DNA from: a virus
Taxonomy: Duplodnaviria > Caudoviricetes
Virus record (IMG/VR): IMGVR_UViG_3300020042_004530
Location: 1-34,527 of that record
Direction: 5' to 3' (one strand)
DNA: 34,527 bases
Shown here piece by piece: positions 6,972 through 16,174 of the stretch (the stretch's first letter is position 1; each line of letters starts with the position of its first letter). The position numbers and the translations under genes were made by a program. Under the pieces are notes generated by a model. The model had not been told where the DNA came from and ran no database searches. It saw nothing but the letters and a program-made list of their open reading frames with translations.

Positions 6972-7175
6972 ATGAACCGAATAGCACCTAACAACCAATT
7001 ACCCGCAACTCATTTTATTGAGGTTTATTGTGCAAGTCATGAAACAGAAGACAATGATTTAAAGTCTATTGATTTTTTGCAAAATGATTTAAAATTAACT
7101 ATTGCTTTTGGTTTTACAACCATCGCCATCTTCCGCATCAGAGAAAACAAATTACCCACTAAACATAAGTTTTAA
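6972..7175 (+). CDS. Hypothetical protein
   Basis: 67 aa with A-rich leader. Confidence 0.6.
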   Translation: MNRIAPNNQLPATHFIEVYCASHETEDNDLKSIDFLQNDLKLTIAFGFTTIAIFRIRENKLPTKHKF

Positions 7176-7176
7176 T

Positions 7177-7422
7177 ATGAATTACATAGAATTCACAAAA
7201 AGGCAACACATACGCACTTATACGACATACATACGCCGTAATGGTCAAGGCTACCGATTATACAAAGGTGTAGAAATAACCGAAGCCGACTTTCAAGCTG
7301 CAACAGCGATGCCGCAAAGACCGTATATCAATACGGACAACCCTTGCAAGAAACATCAGTATCTTAATGTTGAGGGAAGTGTTATTGAGAACCTTGAAAA
7401 CCTGGTAAGATGCGGACAATAG
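7177..7422 (+). CDS. Hypothetical protein
   Basis: ATG one base after the previous stop (MNYIEF...). Confidence 0.6.
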   Translation: MNYIEFTKRQHIRTYTTYIRRNGQGYRLYKGVEITEADFQAATAMPQRPYINTDNPCKKHQYLNVEGSVIENLENLVRCGQ

Positions 7423-7808
7423 AAGAAGAATATATTTATGTACGTGCTATGTTCATAGAACTATCCAAAGCCATCCACCTCGGATACAACACCTACGACC
7501 CGTTGTTTACCGTTGCTGCGGATGCGGTAAGGCAAGCGTTTAACGCTGAACCGATAGCGGAGGGGCAAAGGCGTTCACAAGAACATGGAAACGCTTCACA
7601 CGCATTGATTGCTATAATGAGAGAAAATACAGATATATCTTGCGAAAGATTATACAAGATGATGTTAAAGAAATCACATCAAACGGTAATACACAATTAC
7701 AAGCAGCACAAGGCGCTATATCAAACGTGCGAGTATTATCGGGCGAAGTACGACAAAGCATTACAAATCGTTAAAGATACCGACCTATGCAACACCTCAA
7801 ATACATAG
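7410..7808 (+). CDS. DnaA domain IV-like HTH DNA-binding protein
   Basis: KKSHQTVIHNYKQH resembles the DnaA C-terminal motif RDHTTVLHA. Confidence 0.6.
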   Translation: MRTIEEEYIYVRAMFIELSKAIHLGYNTYDPLFTVAADAVRQAFNAEPIAEGQRRSQEHGNASHALIAIMRENTDISCERLYKMMLKKSHQTVIHNYKQHKALYQTCEYYRAKYDKALQIVKDTDLCNTSNT

Positions 7809-7987
7809 ACCTTTACGAGAACGGCGTTATCCAACGGCGGGTACGGTGCGATAAGATAGGGCGTAAGTATCTTACTAAAATGGATCAAACCAAGCTACGA
7901 AGGGATATGTACAAGGAACTAGAGAACGCTGCAAAGCGCAACCCAGAAAAAATTTATTATTTGGAGTTAAAAACGGAGGATATATGA
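7787..7987 (+). CDS. Hypothetical protein
   Basis: 66 aa; ATGA overlap with the next gene. Confidence 0.6.
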   Translation: MQHLKYIDLYENGVIQRRVRCDKIGRKYLTKMDQTKLRRDMYKELENAAKRNPEKIYYLELKTEDI

Positions 7988-8421
7988 TAAGTAAAGAAGC
8001 CAAAGACAGATACAATGCTGCACACCTTAAACACACAACAGAACGAACACCGTCAGTCGTTAAAGATGGACATTATTCGCTTCCGATTATGCCGAAGGTT
8101 AATACGGCAAATGGACTTACAAGATTTGTAGAGAATTACATCAACTGGATGGGATGGAGAGCAACACGAATCAACACAACGGGAAGGGTTGTTGGTGGTA
8201 GGTATATCTATGGAACGACAAGGCGAGGAACGGCTGATATTTCAGCAACAGTTCAAGGTGGCAGAAGTCTGATGTTAGAAATTAAGGTAGGCAAAGACCG
8301 TCCTTCCGAACACCAACTGAAAGAACAAGCCAAAGAACGTGCGGCGGGTGGGGAGTATTTCTTTATATCAACACCCGAACAATTCTTTGAATATTTAGAT
8401 GAGTTTTTGAGTAGAAAATAG
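7984..8421 (+). CDS. VRR-NUC / PD-(D/E)XK nuclease (Holliday-junction-resolvase-like)
   Basis: GTADI...LEIKVGKDRPSEHQ. Confidence 0.85.
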   Translation: MISKEAKDRYNAAHLKHTTERTPSVVKDGHYSLPIMPKVNTANGLTRFVENYINWMGWRATRINTTGRVVGGRYIYGTTRRGTADISATVQGGRSLMLEIKVGKDRPSEHQLKEQAKERAAGGEYFFISTPEQFFEYLDEFLSRK

Positions 8422-8520
8422 TATATTAGCAAATAACAGTGTGGAAGCTGTATTATAAAAAAATTGCCCAAAGTTTGGGGTTGTATCTTCCACTGCACCC
8501 CGAACCGAGGGCACTCTTGT
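8422..8520 (+). promoter_or_regulatory. Structured 5' leader of the primase-helicase gene with complementary loops
   Basis: -7-like TATATTAG; hairpin 1 carries GTGGAAG (8441-8447); hairpin 2 loop carries CTTCCAC (8487-8493). Confidence 0.6.
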
Positions 8521-8524
8521 TATT

Positions 8525-10675
8525 ATGAAATTCACCCGCTATCAATCATTATTCAAAACAAACGAACCTGAAATAATAGAGTTTCATCATTTCGTTAGTG
8601 AACTTACAACACATAACCCAATCTTTGATGAGATACGAAACGAAACAGTTAAGGAACGTAAGGACTATTTAAAAAAGAACCTCCCAGGTTATTGCTTTGC
8701 GGGTATATTTGGCACTCGTTCCGATAGGGGATTTAGTGAACATTCTGGAATGGCTGTTATTGATTTGGATAAAATACCAACGGAAAAGTTTACCCAAGAG
8801 TTTACCGCTATTTGTAAGCTACCTTTTACGTTAGCAGCGTGGCGCTCACCATCTGGTAACGGAATTAAAGCGCTTATTCGTATTCCTAAATGCAGCAGTA
8901 AAGAGCATACACTTAGGCTTAGAACATTTGCGGTTTATTACACTAGTGAATACTTAGACCTTGATGCCGATGTTTGCCGTTTCTGCTTTGCTTCTTACGA
9001 TGCCAACCCATACATAAACGAAAGCGCTGAAGAATTTACCCTAATGTTTAGCGAAGCCGACCTTAATGCTAAAGCAGATTATAACAATGAGGTTGTTAAT
9101 GCAATAGGCGATGAGGCAAAGATTGTTAAAATTATTGCAAACTTTAAGCGTGCTACTGAATTTGTAGACGGTCAAAGGAATAAGCATACATTCAGCATTG
9201 CATCCCATTTTTGTGAATACGGTGTTAAAAAAGAAACGTGTATACAATATTTAACAAATAATGTTTGGAGCGCTGACTTTGTAAGCGAGGGGATAAAGGC
9301 GGTTAATTCTGCATACCGCATCCGTAAAGCTAATTCAAAGCAACTAGAAGATAGGGACAAAGTGCAAACAGTTGACACATTAGAATACCCATTTGAGATA
9401 TTCCCCGAAAAGATACGTGAATCAATATTTGATGTAAGTAGGGAGTTATCCCTTAACCCTATATTCCTTGCAACGGCGGGACTTTGGACTTGTTCAAGCC
9501 TTGCCGGTAACGCTTATCAATCGGAATTTAATACTAAAAACATTCTATTCTGTATGATGATTGCACCAGTATCAGTAGGTAAAACACCCGCATTTAAAGC
9601 AATGTGCGAGCAACCTTTGAGTGATACATTAGAAAGAGAGGACCAAGAATTCAAACGTAAACTAGAAGAATGGAACGCCGAAAAGATGGCTGCATTAGGC
9701 GAAAAGAAACAATTCACCAAAGCAAGACCGAGGCGCTTTCACCCCTTTGCGGTGGATGGTACAACAGAAGGGTATATTGCCCTTTGCCAGGATCAACCCA
9801 ACGGTATGGGAGTATATCATGATGAAGCAGAAACTATCCTAAATGCGGGGGCGCATAAGTCAAACAATGATTCTATCTCATTCTTTACACAAGCCTTTAG
9901 CGGCGGACGGTACACTCAAATACGAGCCGATAGGGAAAAGGAAAGAGTGGTGCAGAACCTGAATATTAACCTATTAATGGGAACGCAGCCAAGCCGACTA
10001 ACAAATATATTCACTATGGATAAGATTGAAAGCGGGTTTGCTTCTCGTTTCCTTATGGTTGAATCGGATTACATTCACTTAAATACCCAATCTAACCCAT
10101 TCGCACAATCACGCCGAATGTGCGCTGAATGGTCAAACCTTGTATTAACCCTTTACGATGTAAATAAAACTTCAAGTAACGGCGATAATCAACAGACAAT
10201 CAACATAGTAATAACAGACGAAGCTAAGGTACTTTATACTAAATACTACCAGTTAGGGCTTAGTGAAGCCAACACCCGAATTGACGGCAGAATTGATCAA
10301 TACATTATTGGTGCAGAGGCTAAAATGAGCGCTTATCTTCCTAGATTAACTCAGCTTATCGCTATTATCAACAACCCTAAAACACCGTACATAGATGAAT
10401 CTATTGTTGAATTAGGATATAGATTGTACCGATATCACGCACAATCAACCGTTAGGATACTTCGCTCATTACATAAAACAGTTGAAACGGGATTGCCTTT
10501 GGAGTTAGATAATTTATTTACAGCGCTTCCAGATGAATTTACTTATGCAGAAGCAGAACAAGTATGTAAAAAGATAAACCTACCAGATAAGCGGTTTAGA
10601 ACGGCTTTACGGCGAAAAGATTTTAAGAATCTATTTGTTAAAAAAGAACAAGGAATTTATAAGAAGGTGCATTAA
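8525..10675 (+). CDS. Primase-helicase: BT4734/VirE-N-like primase, PriCT-like domain and DUF3987 (YfjI-like) P-loop domain
   Basis: LKKNLPGYCFAG, HSGMAVIDLD, SPSGNGIK, RFCFASYD; GQRN; Walker A-like APVSVGKT; Walker B-like YHDE; SGFASRFL. Confidence 0.88.
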   Translation: MKFTRYQSLFKTNEPEIIEFHHFVSELTTHNPIFDEIRNETVKERKDYLKKNLPGYCFAGIFGTRSDRGFSEHSGMAVIDLDKIPTEKFTQEFTAICKLPFTLAAWRSPSGNGIKALIRIPKCSSKEHTLRLRTFAVYYTSEYLDLDADVCRFCFASYDANPYINESAEEFTLMFSEADLNAKADYNNEVVNAIGDEAKIVKIIANFKRATEFVDGQRNKHTFSIASHFCEYGVKKETCIQYLTNNVWSADFVSEGIKAVNSAYRIRKANSKQLEDRDKVQTVDTLEYPFEIFPEKIRESIFDVSRELSLNPIFLATAGLWTCSSLAGNAYQSEFNTKNILFCMMIAPVSVGKTPAFKAMCEQPLSDTLEREDQEFKRKLEEWNAEKMAALGEKKQFTKARPRRFHPFAVDGTTEGYIALCQDQPNGMGVYHDEAETILNAGAHKSNNDSISFFTQAFSGGRYTQIRADREKERVVQNLNINLLMGTQPSRLTNIFTMDKIESGFASRFLMVESDYIHLNTQSNPFAQSRRMCAEWSNLVLTLYDVNKTSSNGDNQQTINIVITDEAKVLYTKYYQLGLSEANTRIDGRIDQYIIGAEAKMSAYLPRLTQLIAIINNPKTPYIDESIVELGYRLYRYHAQSTVRILRSLHKTVETGLPLELDNLFTALPDEFTYAEAEQVCKKINLPDKRFRTALRRKDFKNLFVKKEQGIYKKVH

Positions 10676-10687
10676 GCACCTTTTTTT
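10664..10687 (+). terminator. Intrinsic terminator
   Basis: AAGGTGC-attaa-GCACCTT plus T tract. Confidence 0.8.
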
Positions 10688-10695
10688 ATGTGCAA

Positions 10696-10916
10696 AGTTA
10701 CCAATAGTTACCACAAATGTACACCGCAAAGCCTTACTACCATTGAATAGTTACCATAGTTACCAACTTTACTATAATATAAAATTTTAAATCTCTATAT
10801 ACTAATATGTATATAAATACCTACTAAGCCAAAATAGGTAATTATGGTAACTATCCTTACTGGTATTGAGTTTCAGACGTACATAGATGGTAATTATAGG
10901 TAATTATGGGTAATTT
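10696..10916. repeat. Putative replication origin: inverted iteron arrays around an AT-rich core
   Basis: AGTTACCA x4 (10696, 10706, 10749, 10758) facing GGTAAYTW x5 (10837, 10846, 10889, 10899, 10909). Confidence 0.75.
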
Positions 10917-10950
10917 TATTATTTAACCGAATAGTACTAACTTTGACAAT

Positions 10951-12126
10951 ATGAACAGAAACATTGCAGAAATAAAAAGCAACCCAAAAAACCCAAGGGT
11001 AATAAAGGACGAGAAGTTTGCTAAGTTGGTTCAATCGTTAAAGGACTTTCCTGAAATGCTTGAAAAAAGGCCTTTAGTTTGCTTTACCGATACAGATGGT
11101 AAACTTGTTGTATTGGGCGGCAACATGAGGCTTAAAGCGGCAAAAGAAATAGGGTTAAAGGAATTACCAGTAATAATAGCAGACGATTGGACAGAGGAGC
11201 AAAAGGCGCAGTTTTTGATTAAGGACAACGTTGGTTTTGGGGAGTGGAATTGGGATGAATTGCAATCCGATTGGGATGTGCAGAAGTTAGAAGATTGGGG
11301 GTTGGATATACCCGCAGCGTTTAAAGTAGAACCAGAAGCAGAGGAGGATGATTATGAAATACCCGACACTATTGAAACGGATATAGTATTAGGAGATTTG
11401 TTTGAAATAGGGCAGCATAGATTGCTTTGTGGAAGTTCTACCGAAGCAGACGCAGTATCTAAGTTACTAAACGGAAAAGAACCTTATTTAATGGTTACCG
11501 ACCCGCCTTATGGGGTTGTTTATGATGCCAATTGGAGAAATGAAGCGGAAAGGGCTGACGGCACAAAGATTGGGGCATCCGCTATCGGGAAAGTTCAAAA
11601 TGATGATAAAGCCGATTGGACTGAAGCATGGGCGTTATCCCCTTCAAAGGTTAGTTACGTTTACCATGCGGGGGTTATGAGTGGAACGGTTCAAAAAAGT
11701 TTAGAAGATTGCGGCTTTATAATAAGAAGCCAAATAATATGGGTTAAATCAAACTTTGCAATTAGTAGAGCAGATTACCATTGGAAGCATGAGCCTTGTT
11801 GGTATGCCGTTAAAAAAGGCAGTAAGGGCAATTGGGCAAGTGATAGAAAACAAACAACAGTTTGGGAAATATCAAAGCCATCAAAAAGCGAAACGGGCCA
11901 CTCAACGCAAAAGCCAGTTGAATGTATGGCTAAAGCAATAGCAAATCATGATGGGGATGTACACGACCCTTTTTTGGGTTCAGGTACTACAATGGTAGCA
12001 GCCCACCAATTAAACCGTAATTGTTACGGCATGGAATTAGACCCCAAATACTGCCAAGTAATCATTGACCGTATGAGAAAGTTAGACCCGAGTATAGTAA
12101 TTAAAAAGAACGGACATGCCATTTAA
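10951..12126 (+). CDS. ParB-N domain fused to an N6-A/N4-C DNA methyltransferase
   Basis: NPKNPR..LGGNMRLKA (ParB/Srx); TDPPY; HSTQKP; DPFLGSGTT. Confidence 0.93.
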   Translation: MNRNIAEIKSNPKNPRVIKDEKFAKLVQSLKDFPEMLEKRPLVCFTDTDGKLVVLGGNMRLKAAKEIGLKELPVIIADDWTEEQKAQFLIKDNVGFGEWNWDELQSDWDVQKLEDWGLDIPAAFKVEPEAEEDDYEIPDTIETDIVLGDLFEIGQHRLLCGSSTEADAVSKLLNGKEPYLMVTDPPYGVVYDANWRNEAERADGTKIGASAIGKVQNDDKADWTEAWALSPSKVSYVYHAGVMSGTVQKSLEDCGFIIRSQIIWVKSNFAISRADYHWKHEPCWYAVKKGSKGNWASDRKQTTVWEISKPSKSETGHSTQKPVECMAKAIANHDGDVHDPFLGSGTTMVAAHQLNRNCYGMELDPKYCQVIIDRMRKLDPSIVIKKNGHAI

Positions 12127-12448
12127 GAAAGGAGTTACACCGCCAGGGGCAAAGCCTTTTGTGAAGGGGCAAAGTGGCAACCCGAAAGGGAGGTCAAGGG
12201 ATATACCCGAACTAAAGCAATTACTTGCCGAAGTATTAGCCGAAGATAAAGACGGAATAAGTGCAGCTAAAGCTATATTAATGGCATTACGGGCCAAAGC
12301 AACCAAAGGTGATGTTAGGGCTGCCGAATTGCTATTGGATAGGGCTTACGGTAAAGCAAATCAAAAGATTGAACATTCTGGGGCATTAGTGCCGATACAG
12401 ATAAACTATGTGATAGATGGAGGCAATGAGCCAATCAAAGAGTCTTAA
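12116..12448 (+). CDS. terS: Terminase small subunit (DUF5681-like)
   Basis: KGQSGNPKGR, LLDRAYGK; directly upstream of TerL. Confidence 0.75.
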   Translation: MPFKKGVTPPGAKPFVKGQSGNPKGRSRDIPELKQLLAEVLAEDKDGISAAKAILMALRAKATKGDVRAAELLLDRAYGKANQKIEHSGALVPIQINYVIDGGNEPIKES

Positions 12449-13601
12449 GGTTACACCCGTTTACGATGCTAACTTTAACGCATACAACGAAGGTTGGCCG
12501 ATAATCTGCAATGAGGGTGGATCACGTTCAAGTAAGTCTTACTCCGTTATGCAGCTATTGGTACAGATAGCCGTTAACGAACCTAACAAACGTATAAGCT
12601 GCGTATCTCATTCGTTACCCCATGTTAAGCGGGGTATCTATCGTGATTTCAAGGTTATCATGACCGAACTGGAATTATGGGATGATAACAACTTCAGCTA
12701 CTCCGATTTCATTTACACATTCCGTAACGGTTCATACATTGAACTATTTGGCCTTGAAGATGAAGGTAAAGCACGTGGACCAGGTAGGGATATACTTTTC
12801 ATAAACGAAGCTAACTTACTTACCAAAGCATTGTTTGACCAGTTGGCAATGCGTACAACCGGTCAGATATTCCTTGACTGGAATCCCGCCGACTTCGTTA
12901 GTTGGGTTTATACGGTTGCTGATAGCCCGAAGAACAAGCGAATACACTCTACCTACCTAAACAACCGCACAAACCTAACGGATAGTCAAATAAACGCAAT
13001 AGAGGCGTTTAAAGACCTACCTGATGATTTTATGTGGAAAGTATACGGACTAGGGCAAAGAGGGGCGGCAAAGGAGCTTATATACACGAAATGGAATACT
13101 ATTGCACAGTTACCGAACAAGGGCGAACAGTTTTACGGCTTAGACTTTGGTTATAACCACCCCGCCGCATTAGTAAGGGTTGAGTATTACGAGGGCAGCC
13201 ACTATATTGAGGAACTGATATACCAATCCAATCTAACACTAACTGAATTAGTGCGCAAGATGCAGACGCTAAATATCGGCAATGCTACCATTTGGGCAGA
13301 TGCCGCCGAACCTAAGTCTATAGAGGAAATTTACCGCAGCGGCTTTAGGGGTGTTAAAGCTGCTTCAAAGGATGTTTGGGCGGGTATTGTGAAAGTTAAG
13401 TCCTTTCCGCTATCTTTGACACACAATAGCACTAATCTTATTCGTGAGATACAGTCATACAAGTGGAAGAAAGATAAAGAGGATAATATCATTGAAGAGC
13501 CAGTCAAAGCAAACGATGACGGAATGGATGCAATGAGGTATGCTATATTTAATCATCATGATGCGCCTAAATTCGTATTTAAACCGAGAGAAACATGGTA
13601 A
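12426..13601 (+). CDS. terL: Terminase large subunit (PBSX/SPP1-like)
   Basis: EGGSRSSKS Walker A, FINEA Walker B, DWNP, GLDFGY, DGMDAMRYA. Confidence 0.95.
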   Translation: MSQSKSLKVTPVYDANFNAYNEGWPIICNEGGSRSSKSYSVMQLLVQIAVNEPNKRISCVSHSLPHVKRGIYRDFKVIMTELELWDDNNFSYSDFIYTFRNGSYIELFGLEDEGKARGPGRDILFINEANLLTKALFDQLAMRTTGQIFLDWNPADFVSWVYTVADSPKNKRIHSTYLNNRTNLTDSQINAIEAFKDLPDDFMWKVYGLGQRGAAKELIYTKWNTIAQLPNKGEQFYGLDFGYNHPAALVRVEYYEGSHYIEELIYQSNLTLTELVRKMQTLNIGNATIWADAAEPKSIEEIYRSGFRGVKAASKDVWAGIVKVKSFPLSLTHNSTNLIREIQSYKWKKDKEDNIIEEPVKANDDGMDAMRYAIFNHHDAPKFVFKPRETW

Positions 13602-14251
13602 TACTTTACAAGCTAACAAGCAGAAGCAGACCCGCTAAAATGTACAAGGCGTATAAGTCGGTTGTTGATAACGCCGTATTAAATTGGGTTATGATACTAT
13701 CAGTTGATACTGATGACCATGTTACGCTCAATAGCGATTACTTTAAGCAAATGCAATGGGATAAGCGTGTAAGCATCCACGTTGGTACAAGCAAGAATAA
13801 AATAGACGCCATTAATCGTGATGTACCTACAATCGGTTGGAATATACTTGTGAACCTTTCCGATGATCAAATATTTACCGTTAATGGGTTTGATAAGGTT
13901 ATAGCAAAGCATTGCGGTAATGATACGTTTCTACATTTACCCGATGGTTATGCGAATGAGTTACTTCCTACTATGTCAATAGTCGGTTGGCTTTACTATC
14001 TTAGATTTAACTATATATATCACCCTGACTATGCTTCGCTTTGGTGCGATAACGAGGCTATGGATGTAGCAAAGCAATTAGGTTGTTATAAGTATTTAAA
14101 CCAACATATATTTGAACACGAACACCCCGCATGGACTGGAGAGAAGCCCGATGCGCAGTTAGAACATACGCAAAAGTTTTATAGGCAGGATGAACGCACA
14201 TACCGCAAAAGAAAAAGTTTGGGATTTCCTTTGAGTTCTGTATATTCGTAA
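13595..14251 (+). CDS. GT-A fold glycosyltransferase (GT2-like)
   Basis: N-terminal TSRSRP, LVNLSDDQ DxD-like motif, YIYHPDY..WCDNE, FEHEHP. Confidence 0.75.
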   Translation: MVILYKLTSRSRPAKMYKAYKSVVDNAVLNWVMILSVDTDDHVTLNSDYFKQMQWDKRVSIHVGTSKNKIDAINRDVPTIGWNILVNLSDDQIFTVNGFDKVIAKHCGNDTFLHLPDGYANELLPTMSIVGWLYYLRFNYIYHPDYASLWCDNEAMDVAKQLGCYKYLNQHIFEHEHPAWTGEKPDAQLEHTQKFYRQDERTYRKRKSLGFPLSSVYS

Positions 14252-14254
14252 CGC

Positions 14255-14815
14255 ATGATTATTTTAAGTATTCTTATTCCCACAATGCCTAAACGGTCAG
14301 GACTGCTAAAGCGTCTACTAGCGCACCTTTCACCGCAACGGACAAGTGAGGTTGAAATACTAACTTACTCCGATGATGGTAGGGTAACAACGGGAAGGAA
14401 GCGCAACGACTTAATGAAACAAGCGCAAGGGGAATATATCGTGTTCTTAGACGATGACGATATGGTTGCAGATACATACATTACAAATATATTAAACGCC
14501 GCTAAGTCAAAACCCGACTGTATTACTTTCAGAGGATGGATGGAAACAGACGGCGCGAACCGCAAAGAGTTTAGACTATCCATTAACTACCCATATACAG
14601 CCGTATGGGAGAATGGTAATGAGGTTTACTTGAGATACCCTAACCATATAACACCGATAAAGCGAAGCATAGCCTTACAAGTGCCATTTCCTAACGTAAC
14701 AATGGGCGAAGATTACGCATGGGCAACGGAGATACACAAACGTAAGCTACTTACAACCGAGGTGCATATTAACAAGCCTTTATATTTCTACCTATACCAA
14801 ACTGTTAAAGCATGA
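14255..14815 (+). CDS. Glycosyltransferase family 2
   Basis: LSILIPT, GRKRN, GEYIVFLDDDD, GEDYAW. Confidence 0.92.
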   Translation: MIILSILIPTMPKRSGLLKRLLAHLSPQRTSEVEILTYSDDGRVTTGRKRNDLMKQAQGEYIVFLDDDDMVADTYITNILNAAKSKPDCITFRGWMETDGANRKEFRLSINYPYTAVWENGNEVYLRYPNHITPIKRSIALQVPFPNVTMGEDYAWATEIHKRKLLTTEVHINKPLYFYLYQTVKA

Positions 14816-15420
14816 CCAAGTACAGCCAAAACGATGAACAAACGTATATCCTAAACTACTTCGCCAACCATGCTCCAGGGCATTTGTTGGATATTGGTGC
14901 AAATGACGGACAAACACTATCCAATAGCCGAGCATTGATTGAATACAAAGATTGGTCGGGGTTATTGGTTGAACCAAGCCCCACAGCGTTTAAGAAGCTA
15001 AACAGCTTGTACAAGGATAATGATTTAGTTGAATGTTTGAATGTAGCTATTGCGAACGAGAAAGGCAGAATAGAGTTTTACGATATGGAAAGCCACTTAG
15101 GTAAGGGCGATACTTCGCTACTTAGTACGGCAGTTGTTTCCGAACTACCTAAATGGGCAGCAACAACAGAGTTTAAGAAGATTAAAGTTAAAGCGGTTAC
15201 ATACGCCGAAATTATAGATACTTACGATTTCATTACGATTGATTGTGAGGGGTTAGATTTGGATGTGTTAAGGCAGATAGACCTGAAACATACGCAAATG
15301 GTATGTATTGAGCATAACAGCGTAAGGGATGTAAGAAACGCAATCATAGACTATTGCGGTAAGGCGGGGTTAACTAAGAAGATTTACGAATGTATGGAAA
15401 ACGTAATAATGGCACGATGA
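14812..15420 (+). CDS. FkbM-family SAM-dependent methyltransferase
   Basis: YSQNDE, LDIGANDG..SNS, GLLVEP, IDCEG, IEH. Confidence 0.92.
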   Translation: MTKYSQNDEQTYILNYFANHAPGHLLDIGANDGQTLSNSRALIEYKDWSGLLVEPSPTAFKKLNSLYKDNDLVECLNVAIANEKGRIEFYDMESHLGKGDTSLLSTAVVSELPKWAATTEFKKIKVKAVTYAEIIDTYDFITIDCEGLDLDVLRQIDLKHTQMVCIEHNSVRDVRNAIIDYCGKAGLTKKIYECMENVIMAR

Positions 15421-16139
15421 AAGAAGTATTAGTATCCGTAGCATCTCAAGGTAGGGAAAACTACAACCAAGCACAGCTTAACCTTATTCGTTCGGCGGTA
15501 TCGGTAACTAATGGCCGCAATTGGTACGGAGATTACCTTATCCGGTCTGTGGATGGGTATGTGGACGAGTACTTAGGTGTACCCATTGCTAAGGGATGGC
15601 CAGTAACAGAGGAGTTTGGCGTATCATGGCAACATAAGGATATGCCCTACCAATTCAAACCCTTTGCCGTTTGGGAAGCGTTTGAGAAAGGTTACCAGCG
15701 TGTATTGTGGTGCGATAGTACCATGCGGATAATGAAGAACCCAAATCCATTATGGGAGAAATGTTCCCAAAATGGGATATTGGCATGGGATAACGAGGGG
15801 CATCCGCTTAAACATTGGATAAGTGATTATGCCGTAAAGAAAACTGGATTGCAAGATATGGAAGCTAAGCAAATCATGGCGTGTTGCATTATGTTTGACT
15901 TTACTAACCCTAAGACCGAAACAATCGTAAGGCAATGGATTGAGGGCAGCCGGAATAATTCATTCCACCATTCAACTAACGGAAGCAGCCGCAATGACTT
16001 CAAAACAGACCGCCACGATCAAAGCTACCTTAGTGCTTTACTATCGGTACATGGCATAGAAGTAGAACCTTACGGTGAATTAGCGTATCCGCATTACACG
16101 CCGATAAAACCAACATTCCTCAATTGGGGAGTAGGCTAA
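15417..16139 (+). CDS. Nucleotide-diphospho-sugar transferase-like protein (GT-A, DUF1647-like)
   Basis: YQFKPFAV, VLWCDS, RHDQSYLS; ATGA-coupled to FkbM. Confidence 0.65.
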   Translation: MKEVLVSVASQGRENYNQAQLNLIRSAVSVTNGRNWYGDYLIRSVDGYVDEYLGVPIAKGWPVTEEFGVSWQHKDMPYQFKPFAVWEAFEKGYQRVLWCDSTMRIMKNPNPLWEKCSQNGILAWDNEGHPLKHWISDYAVKKTGLQDMEAKQIMACCIMFDFTNPKTETIVRQWIEGSRNNSFHHSTNGSSRNDFKTDRHDQSYLSALLSVHGIEVEPYGELAYPHYTPIKPTFLNWGVG

Positions 16140-16142
16140 TAT

Positions 16143-16158
16143 AATTGCTTAACTTTGT
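16143..16158 (+). promoter_or_regulatory. Late-type -7 promoter box; 16-mer identical to 25771-25786
   Basis: AATTGCTTAACTTTGT upstream of the portal gene. Confidence 0.7.
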
Positions 16159-16174
16159 CTTAAATTTCCCCATA

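Noticed and set aside
10696-10916. CRISPR-like or DGR-like reading of the short repeats
   Set aside because: The repeats are 8 bp and inverted with no unique 30-40 bp spacers; no cas or reverse transcriptase gene is visible.
10951-12126. ParB-MTase as a plasmid partition or restriction-modification system
   Set aside because: This fusion upstream of terminase is common in tailed phages; no ParA or cognate restriction enzyme is seen.
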